Position numbers and translations under genes: made by a program. 64,000 nt of DNA from Eledone cirrhosa (taxonomy: Eukaryota): positions 40,486,001 to 40,550,000 of the forward strand of contig OZ024752.1 in assembly GCA_964016885.1 (NCBI GenBank), in the 5' to 3' direction. The stretch's first letter is position 1. The number at the start of each line of letters is the position of its first letter. This document shows positions 28,411 to 37,829 of this stretch, piece by piece. The notes beneath the pieces are model-generated. The model did not search any database. It saw nothing but the letters and a program-made list of their open reading frames with translations, and had not been told where the DNA came from.

Positions 28411-29153
28411 GTAATTAATATTTTTTTTTATTTTTTTTTATATATATGGAGGCACATGGCTTAGTGGTTAGAGCATTGGCCTTGCAATCGAAAGGTTGTG
28501 AGTTCAATTCTCAGACCGGGTGATGTGTTGTTTTCTTGAGCAAGACACTTTATTTCACGTTGCTCCAGTTTACTCAGCTGTAGAAATGCAAAGTGGTCGT
28601 GGAGGTGCCACGGCAAAAAAGCACCCAGCACTCACTGTAAATGAGGTTGGTGTTAGGAAGGGCATCCAGCTGTAGAAATCAAGCCAGAATCAGTTCCCGT
28701 CCCACCCTTGCAAGCAAGGAAAAAGCGGACATAAAATGATGATGATGATGATGATATAAGAAAATTAATTTCAACCTGTATTCAACTGAAACTGCCCCTG
28801 GATCTATGGTACAAAATTGTCCAGTTTAACCCTTTCATGACAGCATTTCTAATGAAATACAGTCTATTTTAACCCTTTAGTATTTACATTACTTTATATT
28901 TACTATTGTATTTTCGCAGTAAAGGCTTTACCTCAGATAATATTGAATCTATGAGATTTTCATATTATTTATTTTGAGAACAATACCTTAATGTCAGTAT
29001 GAGTGGCCAGTTATGGCCAGTTTGAACAGAAAGAGGTGAGAGAATTCTGGTCGGATACGGCCAGTTTAAATGCTAAAGGGTTAATTAATGAAAAACTTTG
29101 AGGGATTTACTAAAAAATCTTATTTCATTACTAAAATGGACGTTAAATGGTGG

Positions 29154-29185
<32 letters not shown>

Positions 29186-29229
29186 GTCAGAAACAAGTTT
29201 ATGTTCTATTTTTGTTTGTTTTGGTTTAG

Positions 29230-29336
29230 GATTATGAAATTGCTTCTCCAATTCACGAGATTGACATGAAATTGGCATCAGTGAAAGAAATATCCCGAAA
29301 TAAACTGCAACTGTGCACGCATTACTGTAATATAGA
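29230..29336 (+). CDS. ARAP: ARAP-like exon: PH2, DYEIASPIHEIDMKLASVKEISRNKLQLCTHYCNI
   Basis: ttttggttTAG / GTAAGT, open frame, phase 0-2. Confidence 0.9.
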
Positions 29337-29359
29337 GTAAGTTTTCAATGTGTCACCTT

Positions 29360-31320
29360 AACATAGCTTTCTGTTGCATGCTGGGAATTCTTTATATACC
29401 CACAGTATTTTCCTGTTACTGTTGCATGCTGGGAATTCTTTCTATACACATAGCTTTCTGTTGCATACTGGGAATTCTTTATATACCACACAGTATTTTC
29501 CTGTTACTGTTGCATGCTGAGAGTTCTTTCTGTACCCACAGTATTCCCCTGTTACTGTTGCATGCTGGGAATTCTTTCTATATACATTGTATTCCTGTTA
29601 CTGTTGCATGCTGGGAATTCTTTCTATACCCACAGTATTCCCCTGTTACTGTTGCATGCTGGGAATTCTTTATATACCACACAGCATTTTCCTGTTACTG
29701 TTGCATGCTGGGAATTCTTTATATACACATAGCTTTCTGTTGCATGCTGGGAATTCTTTATATACACATAGCTTTCTGTTGCATGCTGGGAATTCTTTAT
29801 ATACGACACAGCATTTTCCTGTTACTGTTGCATGCTGGCAATTCTTTCTATACGACACAGCATTTTCCTGTTACTGTTGCATGCTGGGAATTCTTTATAT
29901 ACACATAGCTTTCTGTTGCATGCTGGGAATTCTTTATATACCACACAGTATTTTCCTGTTACTGTTGCATGCTGGGAATTCTTTCTATATCCACAGTATT
30001 CCCCTGTTACTGTTGCATGCTGGGAGTTCTTTCTATACCCACAGTATTCCCCTGTTACTGTTGCATGCTGGGACTTCTTTATATACCACACAGTATTTTC
30101 CTGTTACTGTTGCATGCTGGGAGTTCTTTCTATACCCACAGTATTCCCCTGTTACTGTTGCATGCTGGGAATTCTTTATATACCCACAGTATTCCCCTGT
30201 TACTGTTTGTATGCTGGGAATTCTTTCTATACCCACAGTATTCCCCTGTTACTGTTGCATGCTGGGAATTCTTTATATACCACACAGTATTTTCCTGTTA
30301 CTGTTGCATGCTGGGAATTCTTTCTATACACATTGTATTCCTGTTACTGTTGCATGCTGGGAATTCTTTCTATATCCACAGTATTCCCCTGTTACTGTTG
30401 CATGCTGGGAGTTCTTTCTATATCCACAGTATTCCCCTGTTACTGTTGCATGCTGGGAATTCTTTATATACCACACAGTATTTTCCTGTTACTGTTGCAT
30501 GCTGGGAATTCTTTCTATACACATAGCTTTCTGTTGCATGCTGGGAATTCTTTATATCCCACACAGTATTTTCCTGTTACTGTTGCATGCTGGGAGTTCT
30601 TTCTATACACATAGCTTTCTGTTGCATGCTGGGAATTCTTTATATACCACACAGTATTTTCCTGTTACTGTTGCATGCTGGGAATTCTTTATATACCACA
30701 CAGTATTTTCCTGTTACTGTTGCATGCTGGGAATACTTTCTATACACATAGGTTTCTGTTGCATGCTGGGAATTCTTTATATACCACACAGTATTTTCCT
30801 GTTACTGTTGCATGCTGGGAGTTCTTTCTGTACCCACAGTATTCCCCTGTTACTGTTGCATGCTGGGAGTTCTTTCTATACCCACAGTATTCCCCTGTTA
30901 CTGTTGCATGCTGGGTATTCTTTCTATACACATAGGTTTCTGTTGCATGCTGGGAATTCTTTATATACCACACAGTATTCCCCTGTTACTGTTGCATGCT
31001 GGGAGTTCTTTCTATACCCACAGTATTCCCCTGTTACTGTTGCATGCTGGGAATTCTTTCTATACCCACAGTATTCCCCTGTTACTGTTGCATGCTGGGA
31101 ATTCTTTATATACCACACAGTATTTTCCTGTTACTGTTGCATGCTGGGAGTTCTTTCTATATCCACAGTATTCCCATGTTACTGTTGCATGCTGGGAATT
31201 CTTTATATACCCACAGTATTCCCCTGTTACTGTTTGTATGCTGGGAATTCTTTCTATACCCACAGTATTCCCCTGTTACTGTTGCATGCTGGGAATTCTT
31301 TTTATATCCACAGTATTCCT
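29360..31320. repeat. 39-50 bp variant minisatellite filling almost the whole intron
   Basis: Core ctgttgcatgctgggaattcttt. Confidence 0.95.
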
Positions 31321-31442
31321 TCATAACTATGTGCCACAACGCATGTTGCCCGATGCTCCACCGGCACTGCCAATCCACCATCATTTGACTGGGCAACTAA
31401 TGACTCCTGTTAACTCTGTTGTTTTCTCTTTCATTTTTTCAG

Positions 31443-31527
31443 CATGGTATTTGAAGCGACCCAAGAAATGAAAGAGTGGAAAATAGCCTTGACTAATTCC
31501 ATTGATTCAGCATTAGTAGACTTACAG
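31443..31527 (+). CDS. ARAP: ARAP-like exon: PH2 helix, (D)MVFEATQEMKEWKIALTNSIDSALVDLQ
   Basis: ttttttCAG / GTAGAA, E-x-x-x-W PH helix, phase 2-0. Confidence 0.9.
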
Positions 31528-32289
31528 GTAGAAATGTTTTACCTTATTGTAATCTTTCACAAAGATTTTTTATTTATTTTAGTTTTGTTAACCCTTTAGC
31601 ATTTACATTACTTATGGAGGCACATGGCTTAGTGGTTAGAGCATTGGCCTTGCAATCGAAAGGTTGTGAGTTCAATTCTCAGACCGAGTGATGTGTTGTT
31701 TCCTTGAGCAAGACACTTTATTTCACATTGCTCCAGTTTACTCAGCTGTAGAAATGAGATGATAGGGACTGGGGTCCCTATCATTCCACTGCAAAGTGGT
31801 CGTGGAGGTGCCACGGCAAAAAAGCACCCAGCACTCACTGTAAATGAGGTTGGTGTTAGGAAGGGCATCCAGCTGTAGAAATCAAGCCAGAATCAGTTCC
31901 CGTCCCACCCTTGCAAGCAGGGAAAAGCGGACGTAAAATGATGATGATGATGATGATGATTACTCTATATATACTATTGTATTTTCATTGTAAACACTTT
32001 ATTTCACATAATTACCTCACATAATTTCAATCTATGAGATTTTGATGATATTTATTTTGAGAAGAATGCCTCAACATAAGTATGAGTAGTCATTTACAGC
32101 CAGTTTGAACAGAAAGGGTTAATACTTATAGGAAGAAACTTTGGTGTGGTGTAATGTTATTTCATTTCTAATCTACCATATATATTCGAATATTCTTGTG
32201 ACGCTAAATCAATAGCAGCCCAAGTTGGTTCTGAAACAAAAGACATAACCATTGTTAGACACTTGTTAGTGTTGTTTTTAATTCTTCTT

Positions 32290-32875
32290 GTGATACTAAA
32301 CTCCGCCAGTTGCAGACTACGCATCAACATGAGATATTCTTCTCCACAAATTTCTATCACCAGCAGCAGAGTTCAAAGAGCAAAGATCAAGTCCAGTCCA
32401 TAAGTTGACATTGTCAAGCCATCATTTTGGCTGCCGGCCTCTGCTTCTCTTACCAGCCTACCTTCCTTCTAGGAATACCTTTTGATCACGAACAGTAGTG
32501 TTCAAAGAGCAAAGATCAAGTCCAGTCCATAAGTTGACATTGTCAAGCCATCATTTTGGCTGCCTGCCTCTGCTTCTCTTACCAGCCTACCTTCCTTCTA
32601 GGAATACCTTTTGATCACGAACAGTAGTGTTCAAAGAGCAAAGATCAAGTCCAGTCCATAAGTTGACATTGTCAAGCCATAATTTTGGCTGCTTGCCTCT
32701 GCTTCTTTTACCAGCCAACCTTCCTTCCAGGCATAACCTACTCACACCACGAGTTGATCTTTTTATATGATCGTATAGTTTGAGTACTCTTGACTTGACA
32801 ATTGATGTAATTGGTTAAGTTTGGTAATGTTGAGCAGCTCACTGATAGAGATACTGTTGCCGAGCTGCTTGCCAG
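32290..32875 (-). mobile_element. Degenerate RTE-like LINE 3' fragment with a 129-bp segment triplicated
   Basis: Minus strand reads KSRVLKLYDHIKR...LEGRLAGKRSRGKQPKLWLDN; repeat starts at 32371, 32500, 32629. Confidence 0.75.
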
Positions 32876-33057
32876 TCATATTCGAATATAAGCTGATCCA
32901 AATATAAGCCAACCCCTTATTTTATGTCTGAGAAATGGGGAAAATATCCAAACTCCATTTATAAGCCGAAGCAACTGATCAACATACAATGTTTAGATGG
33001 CATGATTTTGAAATTTTCATGAGTATAAACTATATTGTATATATATATATATTTTTC

Positions 33058-33714
33058 AAATGCGAGAGGGCGCTATAGAAGTGGTGGATAGCTTCCGGTA
33101 CCTAGGAGATCAGATTAGCATGGGAGGAGGGTGTTCCGAGGCCATAGTATCTAGAATAAGGATGGGTTGGAAGAAGTTTAGGGAGCTGCTTCCTCTGTTG
33201 ACGAAGAAGGGTTTCTCCCTGCGTACGAAAGGCCGGTTGTATGATGCCTGTGTGAGGAGCGCGATGCTGCATGGTAGTGAGACATGGGCAGCTACCGCAG
33301 AGGATATGCGACGGCTGGAGAGAAATGAGGCAAGCATGCTCCGTTGGATGTGCAGTGTAAATGTGCGTGAACGACCCAGCATAAATGTGTTGAGAGAGAA
33401 ACTGTGTCTGAGAGGGATAGAATGTAGTGTACGGGAGAGGAGACTGAGGTGGTATGGACATGTGATGCGCATGGAGGATGACCGATGGGTGAAGAAGTGC
33501 CAGGAAATGCCAGTTGAAGGAAGACGTGGTAGAGGTAGACCACGAAAAACATGGGCGGAGGTGGTGAGAACAGACCTCAGATCATTGAAGCTCACGGTGG
33601 AGATGACGAGGGACCGTGACGAGTGGAGAGATGCTGTGCTGAATAAGACCCGTCCCACCCTTGCAAGCAGGGAAAAAGCGGACGTAAAATGATGATGATG
33701 ATGATGATGATGAT
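33058..33714 (+). mobile_element. 5'-truncated RTE-clade LINE (RT C-terminus); shorter copies at 43453-43620(+) and 54460-54788(-)
   Basis: FRYLG, YDACVRSAMLHGSETW, RLRWYGHVMR, GRRGRGRPRKTW motifs; (TGA)n tail; intact 210-aa frame suggests a young insertion. Confidence 0.92.
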
Positions 33715-33724
33715 ATATATAGCT

Positions 33725-33930
33725 ATATATAAGATCAAAAGATGGTTAAAAGAGTTCCATGTATTTTAGTATGCGCATTTCAAAAACAAATATCATCATG
33801 CAATAATATTTGTGTTTTCATCAGATAAAATAGGAAGACATGATATGAAGGTTAAAAAACACTTGTGAATAGTACAGTTTTGAATCAACATATACATGGA
33901 ACTCTTTTAACCATCTTTTGATCTTATATA
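33725..33930. mobile_element. TA-flanked MITE-like element with ~35-bp TIRs; inverted partial copy at 36279-36447
   Basis: taagatcaaaagatggttaaaagagttccatgta ... tacatggaactcttttaaccatcttttgatctta. Confidence 0.75.
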
Positions 33931-33932
33931 AA

Positions 33933-34192
33933 ATAATAATAATGAAATTATTGTGTAAAGTGCTCAGGTGCACTACAACTCGTCAATATAGTACATAGAA
34001 TAATACACAAATGCCAGGGAAATACATGTGTGTATGTGTTAGTTGTAGTGTTGGCGGATCTCGGGAAGCATGGAGGCCTTAAAGGATGCAGTGTCTTGAC
34101 AGCTAACAACTGATGCAGGTAGTTTGTTCCATGCTTCAGCAACTCTGAGCGTGAAAAAATGTTTGCGAAAGTCATGGGAACTGTGCTGTTTT
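33933..34192 (-). mobile_element. CR1/L2-type LINE 3' end; 3'UTR copy at ~51450-51537(+)
   Basis: RKHFFTLRVAEAWNKLPASVV...SFK C-terminal motif, (ATT)n tail. Confidence 0.85.
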
Positions 34193-34731
34193 ATGTATAC
34201 TCCAGTCCTACAAACTGTAGAGTGCTTCTTATCCGATATCTGCATTGCTTTATTGTACTACAATAAAACTCACCTCCTACATATATATATAGCTATATAT
34301 AGTTAATGTAAATTAATCCTTTAGCATTTACATTACTCTATTTTTACTATTGCCATTTCACAATAAACACTTTATTTTACATAATCATCTCACATAATAG
34401 CGAATCTATGAGATATTGATATGATATATTTTGAGAACAATATCTTAACATAAGTATGAGCGGCCGGTTATGGTCAGTTTGAACAGAAAAAGGTGAGAGA
34501 ATTCTGGCCGGATATGACCGTTTTAAATGCTAAAGGGTCAAGCAAAACTAATATCAATTCAAGTTGAAACAAAATGTTAAAGTCAGACAGACAGGTAAAG
34601 TTAGTTCTATGATTTAATTCTTTAATTAATTAGTTGATTCAAACTGTTACTGTTATTGCCATGCTGCAGCACTAACATTGATAAATTTAGACCAGAAAAA
34701 TATATAAACCTTGATAGAAAAAATTTGACAC

Positions 34732-35270
34732 ATCATCATCATCATCATCACCGTTTTACGTCCGTTCTTCCACGCTAGCATGGGTTAGACGGGTTGTCCT
34801 GTTGTGGGCAGTGTCTGGTCGGCTGACCATGCCTTGCTCATACAGGAACTGATCTGGCTTGATTTCTACAGCTGGATGCCCTTCCTAACACCAACCTCAT
34901 TTACAGTGAGTGCTGGGTGCTTTTTCGTGGCGCCTACACGTCCACTTTACAGTGTGGGCTGGGTGCTTTTTTGCCGTGGCACCTCCACGACCACCTTGCG
35001 GTGGGGGGGGGGGGGGGGGGGGGCATATTGTTTATATGCTTCAGCATGTACCCATGGGAGGTCGGGTACCCTGTATTACTGCGTGACGCCAGAAGTCACG
35101 GTCGTGTGTCATTGACTTTGAGAGGTGTAGTTGGGTAAGGTCGGCTTTTATCACCTCATCCCAAGTCATCTTGGGTCTCCCCACTCCGCGGTTTCCATCA
35201 ACTTCTAGTGCTCTGCACCTTTTTATGCAGCTGTCATCCTTCATACGCATCACATGCCCATACCAGCGTA
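34732..35270 (-). mobile_element. Second RTE-like LINE 3' end whose 3'UTR contains the VNTR unit and the SINE tail
   Basis: LRWYGHVMRMKDD...GVGRPKMTW frame, then UTR and (TGA)n; 5' truncation lies ~27 bp from exon 35298. Confidence 0.85.
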
Positions 35271-35297
35271 ACACATGTATATATTTCTAAATTTCAG

Positions 35298-35358
35298 ATT
35301 TCAAGAAAAATCTGGGAGAATGCTAGTAACAAAGCTTGTGGTGACTGTGGAATGGAAG
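35298..35358 (+). CDS. ARAP: ARAP-like exon: ArfGAP start, ISRKIWENASNKACGDCGME
   Basis: atttCAG / GTAAGC; N-x-x-C-x-D-C, first half of the zinc finger. Confidence 0.95.
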
Positions 35359-35783
35359 GTAAGCTATATATATATCAAATATATTTTTATTTTTATCATT
35401 ATATTGTATTTTTTACTTTATAACTTCCCTTCTTTCTGCCTCTCAGATTTTTTGTTCTGTCCCTTTCAAAACTTTTCCTGATGAAGGACTTATGTCAAAA
35501 ACGTTGAAACCGCCCCCACTTCTCCCAAGCGTGAACCTAATATAACTGTGTACAACTGCTTCCTGTGTTTTGTTCGTTCATTTTCGACAATATATATATA
35601 TAGTATTAATATATAAGGGAACAAAGAATCAGTATTGCATCATATACATATTTGATTACATATTACATATGTTTCATTGTCGATCAGCTCGAGGAATGAT
35701 GGATTAATGATCGAACCTGACTTTGGAATCGGAAGCTCCTCAGTTATGTTTTAATATGTAGACTATATATGTAGACTAATAGA

Positions 35784-35827
<44 letters not shown>

Positions 35828-36462
35828 AAGAGGGTGTGGTAAGATACTAGGTAGACCATAAAGCACCAGAGTACTCAATACTTAGGGTAGTAGAGTGGGT
35901 AATAGGAAAAGATCAGTTCGGATCTAGCTGTCGAAACAGCCGAAGCTCAGCCATCGGGATCCTGACTCTTTTCCAATATATATATATATATATATATGTA
36001 GGAGGTGAGTTTTATTGTAGTACAATAAAGCAATGCAGATATCGGATAAGAAGCACTCTACAGTTTGTAGGACTGGAGTATACATAATATATAATATATC
36101 TTTCTCAGTTATAAAAGCTATCTCTCTCTCTCTATCATCCATCTCTCCCCCTATCTCATCCTTCCTCATTATACTCCTCCCTCTCCACTTTTTACTCTCA
36201 TCTCCTCCTATTTTTCATCCCCCCCCCTCTAAATAAAATATTTTTCCCAATATCACACATCAATCTAAAACTACTTCTCATATGTTGATTTAAAACTGAA
36301 CTATCCACAAGTGTTTTTTAACCTTCATATCATGTCTTCCTGTTTTATCTGATGAAAACACAAATATTATTGCATGATGATATTTGTTTTTGAAATGCGC
36401 ATAATAAAATACATGGAACTCTTTTAACCATCTTTTGTTCTTATATATTATATATATATATA

Positions 36463-36604
36463 TATATTTGAAAAAAGGAAAAGAATGACTTCACTTGTAG
36501 TTCTAAACAATTTGATTTAATTTTATAATATTATAATATTATAAAATTAAATCAAATAGTTTAGAACTACAAGTGAAGTCATTCTTTTCCTTTTTTCAAA
36601 TATA
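36463..36604. repeat. Near-perfect ~140-bp palindrome
   Basis: tttgaaaaaaggaaaagaatgacttcacttgtagttctaaac ... gtttagaactacaagtgaagtcattcttttccttttttcaaa. Confidence 0.92.
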
Positions 36605-36626
36605 CCTAACTGTACCAAGGATTTCG

Positions 36627-36902
36627 TGGAGGCACGTAGCCTAGTGGTAAGAGGGTTGGACTTACGATCATAATGTCATGAGTTCGATTCCTGGGCTGGG
36701 TGTTGGGTTCTTGAGCAAAACACTTCATTTCACGTTGCTCCAGTATACTCAGCTGAAAATGAGTACCAGCAATAGCTGGAGATTTAACCCTGCGATGGAC
36801 TGGTATCCTGTCCAGGGGGGAGTCTTGTATTCTCAGTCGCTTCACGCCATGAAACCGGGATAAGTACCGGCCAAATGAGCCTTCTGGCTTAAGACAGACT
36901 TT
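36627..36902 (+). mobile_element. CORE-like tRNA SINE of a different subfamily; partial copy at ~59045-59250
   Basis: A/B boxes, cttgagcaaaacactt core, cctgcgatggactgg...cctgtccaggg body. Confidence 0.75.
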
Positions 36903-37186
36903 AGACCAAGGATTTCACACATTTTCCAATATATATATATATATATATAATGACAAACACTGAGATAAGAAGAACAATTAGTGTTATTAGGTTCATGCTT
37001 TGGATGAAAGGGAGAAAAGAAGTTCAACATTTTGGACTTTAGTCCTTTGTCAGGAGAATACAAGTAGATAGATTAGAAAATTAAAAATAGAAAAAGAGGG
37101 ACATGTGAGTGAGTGTGTGTTGGTTTTAATTTGTTTTGTGTGTCTCATCATGTATATTGGTGGAATGGTCTATACATATGCATGTA

Positions 37187-37217
<31 letters not shown>

Positions 37218-37711
37218 GGAGGCACATGGCTTAGTGGTTAGAGCATTGGCCTTGCAATCGAAAGGTTGTGAGTTCAATTCTCAGACCGGGTGATGTGTTG
37301 TTTCCTTGAGCAAGACACTTTATTTCACATTGCTTCAGTTTACTCATCGGTAGAAATGAGATGATAGGGACTGGGGTCCTTATCATTCCACTGCAAAGTG
37401 GTCGTGGAGGTGCCATGGCAAAAAAAAGCACCCAGTCCACACTGCAAAGTGGTCGTGGAGGTGCCACGGAAAAAAAAGCACCCAGCACTCACTGTAAATG
37501 AGGTTGGTGTTAGGAAGGACATCCAGCTGTAGAAATCAAGCCAGAATCAGTTCCCGTCCCACCCTTGCAAGCAGGGAAAAGTGGACGTAAAATGATGATG
37601 ATGATGATGATGATGTCACAATCCCGCACTCTTCCCTTTATTATATTATAAAGGCTTAAATTAAAAATGACAGTACCAAATATCTAACAATGGTTATGTT
37701 TTTTGTTTCAG

Positions 37712-37765
37712 AACCAACTTGGGCTGCTATTGATCTGGGAATGGTGCTTTGTTTGAAATGTTCAG
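37712..37765 (+). CDS. ARAP: ARAP-like exon: ArfGAP zinc finger second half, EPTWAAIDLGMVLCLKCS
   Basis: CTAAC branch-like site, ttttgtttCAG / GTGAGA; completes C-x2-C-x16-C-x2-C; 54 nt, phase 1-1. Confidence 0.95.
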
Positions 37766-37829
37766 GTGAGATTTTGTTTGATTGTTTATTTTTTAACGGA
37801 ATAGCTAGTTTCATTATGATTATCGTCAA

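Noticed and set aside
28447-28520. tRNA gene-like sequence (A and B boxes)
   Set aside because: It is the head of a multi-copy SINE continuing into core and LINE tail; no complete cloverleaf or terminator is evident.
32157-32360. Minus-strand ORF containing EPTWAAIDL as a paralogous ArfGAP gene
   Set aside because: Only 23 exon nt are copied, with no donor or other exons; treated as an inverted fragment (see findings).
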